Part shown: piece by piece, positions 41,305 to 53,025 of the stretch
Position numbering within the stretch: the first letter of the stretch is position 1
How the letters are laid out: every line of letters starts with the position of its first letter
NCBI GenBank assembly: GCA_036785375.1
Contig: JAWMAR010000406.1
Span: 1,054,001-1,118,000, forward strand
Reading direction: 5' to 3'
Length of the DNA stretch: 64,000 nt
Source of the DNA: Leucoraja ocellata
Lineage: Eukaryota
The notes under the pieces: model-generated
Told to the model about the DNA's origin: nothing
Databases searched by the model: none
What the model saw: only the letters and a program-made list of their open reading frames with translations
Program-made: the position numbers and the translations under genes

Positions 41305-41515
41305 CGTTCTCTCTGTGACCATATGGGTTTCCTCCAGGTGCTCCGGATTCCTCCCACATCCTGTAGATGTGCAGGTTTGTAGGTTAATTGGCCTCTGTAA
41401 ATCGCCCCGAGTGTGTTGGGAGTGGATGAGAAAAGTAGCTGAACGTGGAATTAATGTGAACGGGTCGGCCTGGACCAGAGGGGCCCGTTTCCGTGCTGCA
41501 TCCCTACACTAAACT
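41305..41515 (+). mobile_element. SINE 3' part
   Basis: gggtttcctccaggtgctccggattcctcccacatcc...ccgtgctgcatccctacactaaact. Confidence 0.75.
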
Positions 41516-42034
41516 CAGTGTCAGGGCACAACACATGGAGTTTTAAAGATAAGATTGAAGCATTCAAAACAAACTGAATTAGAAGTCCTTTCTGATACCT
41601 AACAAACAATAGCTGTGTACAAGAACAATGGTAGCAGACAACATCCCAGCTGTAGTACCAAGAAGTTGGACTCTCCATTAGGCATGCAATTCCAGCCGAT
41701 ACAGTACCAACAATGCAGAACATTTCCGAAGTTATGTCCTGGTGTAAAGCCTCGATTGAAAATTCTTCCAATGTTTGCAGTTATCCTTTATTCTCAAAAC
41801 AGCAAGAAAGGAATTCAACCAATCTTATTAACTTCAAAGCAAAAAAAAACAAACTGCTGGAAGAACTTAGCAGTTCAAGCAGCATTTGTGGAAGCAACCG
41901 AATAGTTGACTTTTTAGGTTGAGGGAAGATATCCAGTATAGAGAGGCGAGATTGAGGAGTTAGGCAGGGGTGGCAGGAAATAGGTGGAACCAGGTGAGGA
42001 AGATAGGCAGATGAAGTTAGATGAAGAAGGAATT

Positions 42035-42185
42035 ATTGGCTGATGGAGTGAAAGGTAAGGACCCGGGAGACTCTGTCCCTGTTGTGATTGGGAGGAGGGG
42101 GAGCAAGAGTGGAGCTACTGGATGCCGAGGAGACAGGTGTGAGGGCCTCATCTATCATAAAAACAGGGAACACTCTGAAGGGGTG
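42035..42185 (-). mobile_element. Penelope-like element ORF remnant
   Basis: FPVFMIDEALTPVSS...LAPPPPNHNRDRVSRVLTFHSISQ resembles the RT to GIY-YIG linker (P-L-V-L-T-F/Y-H-P motif) of vertebrate PLEs. Confidence 0.55.
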
Positions 42186-42584
42186 GAGTAGACGATAGTG
42201 GCTGGTAGGTAATAGGGAGAGAGATACGGAGAGGGAAACCAGGGAGCAGATGGAGTGAGGTGTGGGAGGGGAGGATGGAGATAATGACGGAGGTTGGAAG
42301 GTGATAAGTGGAAACACAAGAGGCTGCAGATGCTAAAATTGCCAAAGAAGCAAGTGATAAGTGAAACCAGATAAGGACGGGATGATGGACAAATGGACCC
42401 AGGTGGGGGTGGAGAACAAAGCTGGATAACAGATGAGAGGAGCACAGAAAGAGTATGGAGCACTGGAAGAGAGGGTAGCTGAATAGGAAAATTAGAGAGG
42501 TTATTACCCTACCCAGGCACGGTAAGAGAGCTGTTGTGTAGGAAGGAACTGCAGATGCTGGTTTAAACCAACTTTGATGTACAT

Positions 42585-43990
42585 GTAGATTAGTTAGTAC
42601 ATTTACAGACAAAACCAAAATTGGTGGAGTTGTGGATAATGACGAAGAGGAAGGGTATCAAAGTAGACAGCAGCATATAGATCAGCTACAGAAATGGGCA
42701 GAGAAATGATAGATGGGAGTTGTCTTTTTTTATTTTTTTGTCTAGTTAAATGTAGTTGTTGTGTTTTTTTTTATACTGTTTTTAACTGTGTATATGGGGG
42801 GGGGGGGGGGGGGGGAACTGTTAAAAACCTCTTCCCTGTACGGGAGACCCGACTTTTCCCTGTCGGGTCTCCGTTGTCGTTGGGGCCTAGCACCGTAGAG
42901 CGGCCTCCTACCGGAAAGATCTGGGGGCTCCAGTCGAGGAGCCTGCGGAGCTGCGGACTTACCATCATGGGGCTGGCCGGCCTCGGAGCATGGGGAGCGG
43001 TGGTGGCTCGCTGCTGCGGCCCGACCCCGGTGTTCGGAAGCTCCAGGTACAGCCGCAGGTCCGGTGGACTTGGACATCGGGAGCTCGCGGGTCCGAGTGA
43101 GAGACCGCTTTCCGGAGCTCCCGCAACGCGACTTCTCCAGCCCGTGTCGCGGGGTTGGAACGACCCGGAGCGGGGCCGTACATCACCCGGCACGGCTTTA
43201 TTGGCCGCGGGACATTCCAGCGCCCGACGGGGCTCCAACTTTGTGACATTTGGGCCTGGAGCATGGCCTTACATCGCCCCGCGCGGCCTAAAATGGCCGT
43301 GGGACTTAACATCGCCCGCCTGGGGCTTCAACATCGGGAGAAAAAACGTGCAGGGGAGAGAAAAGACTTTGCCTTCCATCACAGTGAGGAGGAGGTTCAC
43401 TGTGATGGATGTTTGTGTAAATTGAATTGTTTGAATGTCTTGTAAGAATTGTCTCTGGTTGTATGGCTGTGGAAACTAAGTTTTGTTTTAGGTTCAAATG
43501 ACATGTAATTTGAACCCCCCCCCCCCCCCCCCCCGCTTCCCTACTGGAAGGAAGTGGACGTTTTGGAGTGGGAGCAGAATAAATTTACCAGAATGGCAGC
43601 CTGGATTTGAGGGTATTAAACAATTGATTGTTATCTATGGAGCGTTGGGGGATGAGGGGAGACCTGATAGAAGTATACTGCACTGTGTGAGGAATAGATG
43701 GGGATGAGAGTAAGTATCTTTTTCCCCGGTGTGGAAATGTCAAAGAATGAAGGGCATAGTGTTTAAAGGTGAGAGGAGCAATGCTTAAAGGAGCTGTCAG
43801 GGCACTTTTATTTATACACACAGAGATGGTGAGTGCCTGGAACACGCGGTTGGGTGTTGTGGTGACATTTAAGAGGCTTTGAGTTAAGCGAATAGATATC
43901 ATGTGCAGACAGAGATTTGTTTAACATTGCATCCTGTTCGGCATGGACATTGTGGGCCGAAGGGCTTGTTCCTGTGCTGTACTGTTCTAT
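42585..43990 (+). mobile_element. Degenerate CR1 fragment interrupted by a GC-rich element
   Basis: FTDKTKIGGVVD (FADDTK) at ~42600; resumes ~43540 with RGDLIEVY-like sequence and ends ctgtgctgtactgttctatg. Confidence 0.75.
42720..43535. mobile_element. CpG-rich non-autonomous interspersed element, unclassified
   Basis: Abrupt GC/CpG-rich block interrupting a CR1; internal hairpins; repeated ACATCGCCC-like motifs; no recognisable protein. Confidence 0.6.
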
Positions 43991-44249
43991 GTAAATGGAC
44001 TGTAACAGTTCCAGAATGTGGTACACCACCTTCTAAACACACATATGCTGAAAAATGATTTATTTTTCATTTTGGTACTGAGTTTAAATGAAATGCTTTA
44101 TGTGCAGGGGATTTTACGTTTAAATCACTGAAACCCAATTAAAATAAATGGAATTATTATGCTGCTTCTCAACTGCCCCAGTCACTGCAATTTATAGTTT
44201 AACTCACTGTGGCATTTATAACAAAGTAGCAAAAATTAAGCAGACCGGG

Positions 44250-44758
44250 TGTTTAACCTCCCCCTCCCAACCCCAGTCATTTGACATCAGGAAAAGTCGA
44301 CAGGGTTGGGAGGTCTTCCACTTGCCAAAACTCAAACAAAAGACATTTTTCTTCCAGCTCGCATTCCTGTCAGCACCTTGATTTAATTGATGGATGGGGA
44401 GGGGCCTGTCACGCAAGCAAAGAGTGGGAGGGGCACAGACTACACATGTGTTAGATATTTAAGATGCGGCCTCTGGGCCGTCTCAAGACTGCTTACGTTT
44501 TTTTTCTGAAGAGGACACTGCAGGGAGACTTTGCTAGCTCAAGCAAATATAGTGCTCACTGGATGAAGTGTGCACAAGAGGAACATTTTTTTTTAAAGTG
44601 TTACGAGTCAGCCCTTTAAAGCACTCGGTCAAAGAAGTCGAACAGGACTCCAGTGCTTTTGACAATCTGCTGCAAAGCTTTAGCAAAAGTAACCAAACAG
44701 TGGCAAGTGTTTCAAACCCAAACGTATAGAGTGCTGTCATTTCAATAATCACAAAAGA
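44250..44758 (+). promoter_or_regulatory. Putative ANGPTL7 proximal promoter / 5'UTR
   Basis: Repeat-free segment before the ATG with GGGAGGGGC Sp/KLF-type boxes (~44397, ~44425) and a weak TATA-like aaatatag (~44545); TSS not determinable. Confidence 0.4.
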
Positions 44759-45140
44759 ATGCCGGACAAAATTTTCCTCTGGCCTTTCCTGTTAATTTTT
44801 CTGCTCTGCAACTTCCCTCCATGCTACAGCCGGGCTCAGAAAGCACCCCGGAGAAGGGGAACGGCAGGAGGATTGAACCTTTTGAAGCTTGCCACCTGTT
44901 GCGAAGAGGTGAAGGAGCTGAAGATTCAGGTGGCCAACCTGACAGGCTTTGTCGCTGAGCTTAACAGGAAGCAAGAGACCGACTGGATAAATGTCGTCAT
45001 GCAGATGATGGAAGTCGAAAACAACTGTCGTCAGATTGAATCTCGCATTACAGAAGCTGAAGGAAAATACTCGGAAGTGAACAATAGGATAGACATTATT
45101 CAGCTTCAGGCAGCTCAAACTGTTACAGAGACATCAGCAG
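44759..45140 (+). CDS. ANGPTL7: ANGPTL7 coding exon 1 (signal peptide + coiled coil)
   Basis: ATG, hydrophobic signal peptide, then CCEEVKELKIQVANL...IQLQAAQTVTETSA as in ANGPTL7; donor cag|gtaagt; 382 bp, phase 1. Confidence 0.96.
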
Positions 45141-46955
45141 GTAAGTGATGGAAATCGGGAGAAGGAGATGTTATTAAACACATGTATTCTCACGAGGTTC
45201 AATACTCCCAAGCATGACCCTGTAAATTTAAGTTTTAAAAGGTGACGAAAATAATCGGTAACTGCCCTTATTAGTCAAATTTGAATTACTTAGTCAACTT
45301 AATTATTTTATATTGACTTTAACCAAGTAAAATGTTCCAAGACACTTAAACGGATCGTTAACAACATTTGACAAATGGAAGCCACATGTTAAATTAATAA
45401 GGCACAGCTGTATAAAATGGTTTGGGAATTTACCATTTTCTTAAATATGAACCTATTCAAAATCATAAATAATTCAAAGGCATTCAAGGATGTCAACTAT
45501 AGTAAAGGAACAATCAATCGGGCATCTGCATGGAACTGAAAATAATAATCACCCTTCGCCAAATCATTTCAATGCTTCCAAACGCACTCACCCCAACTAA
45601 GTTTGACAAAGGCTCCACGAGCCTTTTGAAGTTAATACGGTTAAAATAACGTTTTCCTACATTTGTCAGATTCCATTACTCTACAAATAGCTAACTAAAC
45701 GGAGTGGGTTACCATACAAAACAAAATCATACTTGATGTGAATTATTTTATGGGCAATAGATTCAACTGTGATATTAATTGAAATGAAACTTCTCAAGAT
45801 AAATGAACAAATGATATATTATGTTGTTCAATATGCCTTTTGAGAAATAATTATATTCAAACCATACTTTATTTCAGCTCAACCCCATGTGCACTAATCT
45901 GAACAGAAGCAACACATTCAAATATATCAAACAATGTTACCCTAAATGGCCTGACATGTGAAGTCATCACATTGATTTTATTTCTGACCAACTGCAGTAT
46001 GTACTTGCAATTAAAAGGGAAGACTGATTAAGAAGGTTATTTATTTTCCATCTATAAGGCTAGACAGTGTCTTAACAGAAGAAAGCCTTTTCAAAAGAAA
46101 TTGCAAATAAAGCCTGTGTCTTTTTCTATCATATGTTAACAAGTGATTGAACTTAAATCCAAGTTTAATAGCAGACTGCAAGCCCCAAGCCCTTATGTTG
46201 AACAATATTATCATTAATGTGAGCTAGCATTATCTGGGTAATAATCACAGTTGTTATTCTATTCATCCACCGGGCACGCTGTGAAGCAAAAAAAAAAAAA
46301 AAAAATCCCAAAGCATTTAGCTTTGCTGAGCTATTGTGAAGTAGCAATTACTGGTAATGTTAAAACTATGTGGCAACAGAAGTGCCCCCTGCACAAGAAT
46401 TACAGGTTTAATAGAGCTCATACTTGCACCCTGTAGCTATAGATGATGGATTACAGGTTTAACAGATTAGATGCATTTCACATAAGTAACTTTTAGTTGG
46501 AACTCAGGAAAGGAATACTCAGAAGCCATGGGTTAGAATTCTGCCCACTGTCATATTTAAAGAAAAACGTGTTAAAGTAACAGTAACTACTGCAGATTTT
46601 ATTTTGTTCGGTTCCACTGAAGGCAAATCATCAAAGTGACAGAGGAGAAAGTTGTACCCTAGTGTCACATGGAATTTCCTCAGACAGATGTCTAATCAGA
46701 CAAGAAACTTCAGGGGTAATAAATTCTCACAAGCAAGCCACTTGGCTTCTCAGTCACAATCTGAAAACAATGCACAAATCTTTTTATCTTTGCGTTTTAT
46801 CTTCAATGAACCGGCTTCAAGAGTTGGGAGCTCAGAGAGCAATTTTCTTAGTATTTTTAGGATCCGTTTGAGAAAGCAATTTTAATTATCTTCTCCCTTT
46901 TACAGTCAACACCAGGAGTCTGCAACTTCTGCAACTATGCTGCACCCTGCACTGA

Positions 46956-47656
46956 TACAGTGCCCTCAATAACGTTTGGGACTAAGACCCATCATTTGAT
47001 TTATTTGCCTCTGTACTGCACAATTTGAGATTTGTAATTGAAAACAAACACATGTGGTCAAAGTGCACGTTGTCAGATTTTAATAAAGGCCATTTTTACA
47101 CATTTTGGTTTCACCATATAGAAATTACAGCAGTTTTCAGGAGACCATAATGTTTGGGACACAGTAATGTCATGTAAATGAAAGTAGTCATGTTTAATAT
47201 TTTTATGCACATCCTTTGCATGCAATGACAGCTTGAAGTCTGCGATTCATAGACATCACCAGTTGCTGGGTGTCTTCTCTGGTGAAGCTCTGCCAGGCCT
47301 GTATTACAGCCATCGTTAGCTTATGCTTGTTTTGGGGGCTAGTCCTCTTCAGTTTTCTCTTCAGCATATAAAAGGCATGCTAAAATGGGTTCAGATTGGG
47401 TGATTGATTTGGCCACTCAATAATTGACCATTTTTTAGCTTTGAAAAACTCCTTTGTTGCTTTAGCAGTATGTTTGGGTTCATTGTCTTGCTGTATAATG
47501 AACCACCGGCCAATGAGTTTTGAGGCATTCGTTTGAACTTGATGGGATGTGTCCATACAAATCAGAATTCATTATGCTACTAATATGAGCAGTTGTATCA
47601 TCAATGAAGATAAGTGAGCCAGTACCTTCAGCAGCCATACATGCCCAGGCCATAAT
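46956..47656 (-). mobile_element. Tc1 (DD34E) right end with dead transposase C-terminus, in ANGPTL7 intron 1
   Basis: TA|CAGTGCC terminus; minus strand reads [40 protein letters not shown], with 34 residues between D and the stop that replaces the catalytic E. Confidence 0.92.
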
Positions 47657-50208
47657 TTGTCTGTGTTAACAAATTCAAAACAGCTCATGGTGGTTGCTCC
47701 ACAGCAGAGGGTTTGATCAATGTCCTGGGCAGCATCAATTCTCACCCAATAACAATAAAATGGTCATTAATCTGACTGTGGACTGTTTGCAAATCTCTGC
47801 TGTTTCCCTAAATGAATATTGAATGCCAAAGTGACCAATTGTCACAGTTGAATCTATCCCTCCAATTATTTCATCACTCCAGCACATAGTGCTATTTTTG
47901 TTGCCAAAATGACTAAGCCACTTCCTTTTTCTTCAATGATGAAAGTATTTGTATACATTTGCTCTACAGAATCTGGTTCCTAAGCAGCAGTGTCCTGCCA
48001 TAATTTTGGCAGCTCGATTTTATCCGGTTGTTCTAAATATTACAGAAATGACATATCACCATTAACCATGCTTCACCGATCTCAGTTTGGTTGAATTTAG
48101 AATTAAGTTCACCGGTTTTACAAAATACACAATCAACCTGTTCAGAGTAGAAAATGTGAATGCCATTAACCATAACAGCTGTTTCAGATCAGAAGAGTCC
48201 CGACCCGAAACGTCACGTATCCACGTTCTCCAGAGATGCTGACTGACCCGCTGAGTTACTCCAGCATTGTGCGTCTATCTTTGGTATAAACTAGCGTCTG
48301 TAGTTCCTTTTTATGACAGTTGTTTTAGCCCTTGGCATGCCTCTGATTGAGACAAACTTGATTTGTTTGACTCTGTTGCTGCTCTACTGAACCCTCGCCT
48401 GATAAAAACTCAAATCAACAGGTAATTCAGACATCCTCATTAAATCAAAGCAAAAACCGCACAAGGCAAACACTAAATATCATGCTTCCTGAAACACAGA
48501 AGCAGCAAACTAGAGTTGATACTGCATTTTCTACATGCTTCACTAGTTTACAGAGTGTACCTCGCAGTTATTGAGCAGGCAGAAGAATGTCAGTTATGTA
48601 CACACAGGTTCACACAAGGAGCACAATTATCTCGTCTCATGGATGGCCCCTCAGCTCCATCCAACCTAAACCCACATGAACATAAAAGAAACAAAAAGCA
48701 AAGTATAGACACTGGGAAACTGAAATAAAACAGAAAAAGCTGGAAGTACCTTGTAAATCATTCAACATCTCTAGGAAAAAAATGTTAATCATTCAAATTG
48801 ATTTTTTTTTTAAATCTGAATAATTCCGTTGAAAGGTCAGAACCTTTTGATTACTATTCAGGAACTAAAATTTAGATTTTGATTTTTAAATAATTATCGC
48901 ATGCATAAGACTTAGCTCAACACTGCTTGCTCAAAGTTAAATTTAAAATAGGCCATGTATCTTTATTCACTTACATCTAAAGCTATTAGTAAACAGGCAT
49001 GGCAGTAGCATCATTAAAAGTGCAGACATATTATTAGATGGGACTTTTGGATTTGTAAAGATAAAATAATTAATTTGACACTGGCCCCAAAATCACCAAT
49101 GTTATTTTGATATATTCTGCTGAAAGCACATTCCCATGAGTGTGGAAGGAAAGTCAAATTTAACTAAGAACAAAAAAAAAAAAAAAAAAAATCAGGAATA
49201 ACAGGTATCTTAACTGAAAGGTGGAATCCAAAATGCAACCCTTTAATTTCAGGATAATAATACTAACTTATCGGAAAGAAAATATGGATAGGTGCATGAC
49301 AACAAAAAAAATGCAGGCTTCTCCCATGCCTGAAGAATGGGGTGGATTCCTAAAGAATATTTTGTCATTCAAAAATGTATACAGCAGTAATCCTTTAACT
49401 TCCGCCAAGGAATACCAATAGCTTTTGATGCCAAAGTCATCAGAAGCTCGTCAATCTCCTCCCAGTAAATATGCTGTAAATCAAAAGCAAACCATGCTCT
49501 CAGTCTGAGAAGCTGAAAGATATGCATCAAAATGTTATTGGCAAATGGAATAGTGCAGATGGTCAAGAAAATGCCACCACCAACAACACATTTTAAGAGA
49601 TATGTTTCAGAGACTCTTTAACATTCAGACAATCAAACGGGCTGTTAAATGCAGAGATTCTCATGGATCTGTGCTCGAAAGATAGTCTCCAAATCCGTTC
49701 CCTCTGTTTTGTTGCAGACAATGATGCCTTCATAAGACAACAAATTAAATTAAAACAAATCCCTTATTTGTCGAGATTTGTAAAGTGAGTGTCTTCCGAC
49801 TGGAGGAGACGTGTATGTGGAAAATTACAAAGTGACGGACATACATACCACATCTGTGGGTATTCATCGATCCCCACAGCTAATAAATTAATTGGAGACA
49901 TTTTTAAATTTGCACAGTTCTTGAATTGCTTTCGTATTGGTGTATTTAGTCTGGCTTCATAGACAGTGGCAGAGCATGCAACAAAAGAAGGCTTCTTGCG
50001 TGAGTGGGCTCCATAAATAAACAAGAGAGTTTTTACTGCTCCAACTTGGAAAAGTCCATATGTGTCAGGAACGAAACTAAAACACTGTTCATAAAAGGTC
50101 ACTTTATTCAATGTTGCTCAAATGTGACTGCAATCTTGAAATGCTTCAATTTAAATCTCAGGGATTCTAAACCACTGAAGTAATCCCTAACCTTCTGTTT
50201 GTTTGCAG

Positions 50209-50309
50209 ATGCTACGTACGACTGCAATGCACTGTACCAGAAAAATTACCGAATTTCTGGCGTATACAAACTGCCGGCAGACGAGTTCCTGGGAACTCCA
50301 GAACTTGAG
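50209..50309 (+). CDS. ANGPTL7: ANGPTL7 exon 2 (start of fibrinogen-like domain)
   Basis: (D)ATYDCNALYQKNYRISGVYKLPADEFLGTPELE; tttgcag| and |gtgacc; 101 bp. Confidence 0.96.
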
Positions 50310-51342
50310 GTGACCCTTTCCAAAATATATTTACTTCATATTCTTGTATGCCCTCTTTTGAACATGTTTGTGGCTGTTGAGTTTTAAATCAAGTTGTACT
50401 TGTACTGACTGTCTCTTGCAGGGCAATCATTATTCATCAGGTTTCATTTTAATAGTGCGAATATTGCTCGTGCATAAGAAAGGTCTCGACCCGAAACGTC
50501 ACCCATTCCTTCTCTCCAGAGATGCTGCCTGTCCTCGATGAGTTACTCCAGCTTTTTGTGTCTATCTAAAATTTGACAACTTACTTCATTTTACTGTAAT
50601 CTATTTAACCTGAGCAAACATTTCCTATGATTTTATGAAGTTTATCTTTAGAACATTAACCATATCTTGCTTTTTGCCCAGGATCAGTGTTCTGAATCCA
50701 ATCAGCAGTGCTGCGGTAGATACCCAGCGCTGGTAAAAGCTGCTTCTTCAGTCAGATTTTTCTTCCACATATCAGCGCCCTCCTAAATTAGAAGAGTTGC
50801 CTGAATCGGTAGTCAAACCTATACTAAATAGTTAAACTTGTTGGAAAGCAGAAAACATGTTAATTCGTCTCTCTACCATCGTCTGGGTAACTAGGTTTAA
50901 CTCCACATTCGGCATAAGGTACCAAAGTGAACTAAAAAAAATGGAGAAGGGTCCCAACCCAAATCATCAGCTATCCATGTTCTCCAGAGATGCTGCCTGC
51001 CCCGCTGACTTTGTGTCAGTTTGTGTAAACCAGCATCTGCAGTTCCTTGTTTCTGAAAATTTACCATGGCTGCTATTAAACTTTTCTAATTAATTTGTTC
51101 TGACAAATTGAAAATTATGAAAACAAAACTATATTTCTAATGTATATATCTAATTCATAACATTCAATGGAATGCGCCGAATAGAAAATCCATATCAAAA
51201 TTCTCCATGTGAAATCAAAATAATATTATTGGGCCACTCAAGCTTGGACTGAGCCGCTGAATATTCTCAATTTCTTAAAATAGTGAAACAATTCCTGTTC
51301 TATTGAAGTATGCTGCCTATTTTTACTCAAATCTTGTTATAG

Positions 51343-51537
51343 GTGTTCTGTGACATGGAATCTGGAGGTGGTGGCTGGACCGTTATACAACGTCGTAAGG
51401 CTGGCCTAACCTCTTTTAATCGTGACTGGAAACAGTACAAACGAGGATTTGGGAACATCCGTGGGGACTTCTGGTTGGGAAATGACCATATTTTTCGATT
51501 GACCAGACAACCAAGCATACTCAGGATAGACATGGAG
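51343..51537 (+). CDS. ANGPTL7: ANGPTL7 exon 3
   Basis: [19 protein letters not shown]...[31 protein letters not shown], fibrinogen C-terminal motifs; ttatag| and |gtaact; 195 bp. Confidence 0.97.
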
Positions 51538-51669
51538 GTAACTCATCCGAAATTTCAATTCATTATCCCGAATGTTATTCCAAATTTGCTTCTTTGTGCA
51601 TGAAACGTTCAACTTGTTAGTAACAAGAATCTACAACTTAAATATGTATCCAAAAACAAATTAAATTAA

Positions 51670-51822
51670 TGTGCTGGTATCAGCCTGTATAACAGCAAAT
51701 AAACTGTGAAATTACTTCACCTGCATAAATACAGGACTGGGAAGGACAGATTCTCTATGCAGAATAAGCTGCTTTTCTATTAAATAAATAGCGATAAATT
51801 ATTAATTGGAAACTATAATGAG
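51670..51822 (+). pseudogene. Decayed partial duplicate of ANGPTL7 intron 3 end + exon 4 5' half (pseudo-exon)
   Basis: acag|GACTGGGAAGGACAG identical to the real exon 4 start; homology continues to TTAATTGGAAACTATAATG and ~65 nt into the upstream intron; stop TAA at 51765-51767. Confidence 0.9.
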
Positions 51823-52293
51823 TGACACAGTGGTGCAGCGGTAGAGTTGCTGCCTTACAGTGCCAGAGACCCAGATTGGATTCTGCTATTGGCTTATCTT
51901 TGTGGAGATAGAAACATAGAAAATAGGTGTAGGAGTAGGCCAATCGGTCCTTCGAGTCAGCACCACCATTCAATATGATCATGGCTGATCATCCAAAATT
52001 GGTAACCCGTGCTGGCTTTTCCCCCCATATCCCTTGATTCCCTTAGCCCGAAGAGTTAAATCCAACTCGCTTGAAAACTAGATTGTACATTCTCCCTGTG
52101 ACCGCGTGGGATTTCTCCGTGTGCTCTGGTTTCCTCTCACATTCCAAACAGATGCAGGTTTGTAGATTGATTGGTTCCTGTAAATTGCACCTATTGTATA
52201 GGATGCCAATGTGGGATGACATAGAACCAGTGTCCGGGCGGTCGGTGAGCCCAAGGGCATGTTTCCACACTGTATCTCCAAACTAAACTAAAC
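51821..52293 (+). mobile_element. SINE in ANGPTL7 intron 3 with a nested antisense CR1 3' tail (~51908-52076)
   Basis: Head gtgacacagtggtgcagcggtagagttgctgcc; insert atagaaacatagaaaataggtgtaggagtaggcc...; SINE body resumes and ends aactaaactaaac. Confidence 0.85.
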
Positions 52294-52421
52294 AAGTATC
52301 TTTAAACCCAAGTATCTCTAAATGTGAATTTATATAATCAATAAAATTCTCTGGTGTACTGGTGTATCAGTTTGTATAAACTGCAAATACATTGTCAACT
52401 GGCTTAATCTGTAAATTACAG

Positions 52422-52620
52422 GACTGGGAAGGACAGGCTCGGTATGCAGAGTACAGCTATTTTTCGATAAGCAACGAAGTAAACAGCTATAAGTTACTAA
52501 TTGGAAATTACAATGGGACAGCTGGACGGGACTCCCTCAGGTATCACAACAACACAGCTTTCAGCACAAAGGACAAAGACAATGACAAATGCGTAGACGA
52601 CTGCGTACAATTCCGCAAAG
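52422..52620 (+). CDS. ANGPTL7: ANGPTL7 exon 4
   Basis: DWEGQARYAEYSYFSISNEVNSYKLLIGNYNGTAGRDSLRYHNNTAFSTKDKDNDKCVDDCVQFRK(G); ttacag| and |gtacgt; 199 bp. Confidence 0.97.
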
Positions 52621-52855
52621 GTACGTGCTAATCTGTAAGCAACTCGTCATTTGGCACTGAAATGGGTCCTGGCACTAATATCTATTTAATTACACAAGGC
52701 AAACAAAAGGGTATTCAACATATGCTGCCAATTCATGAAATGTGACCCGAGAATAAAAACCGTATTCTCACATAATTAAAAAAAAATCGAATTGAAATAT
52801 ATGACAGAATTTATATCTTTCACAATATAATAACTTGGAATTCCTTTAACTGCAG

Positions 52856-53025
52856 GAGGTTATTGGTACAACTGCTGCACAGATTCTAATCTGAATGGAG
52901 TTTACTATCGCCAAGGGTACCATACCCACAACTCTGATGGCATTACATGGTACGGCTGGCATGGTTCGAGTTATTCACTCAAGTATGTGGAAATGAAGAT
53001 TCGCCCACAAAACTTCAAGCCTTAA
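52856..53025 (+). CDS. ANGPTL7: ANGPTL7 exon 5 (terminal coding exon)
   Basis: (G)GYWYNCCTDSNLNGVYYRQGYHTHNSDGITWYGWHGSSYSLKYVEMKIRPQNFKP*; ctgcag| acceptor; the five exons total 1047 nt = 348 aa + stop. Confidence 0.97.

Noticed and set aside
42694-43445. Overlapping 243/155/115-aa ORFs
   Set aside because: GC-rich repeat is depleted of stops in several frames; no recognisable domain
44563-44619. 18-codon upstream ORF before ANGPTL7
   Set aside because: TSS unknown; the ATG is only ~15 nt after the TATA-like motif and may lie outside the transcript
31474-47656. Composite Tc1 transposon capturing the ANGPTL7 promoter and exon 1
   Set aside because: The two inverted repeats are in direct rather than facing orientation
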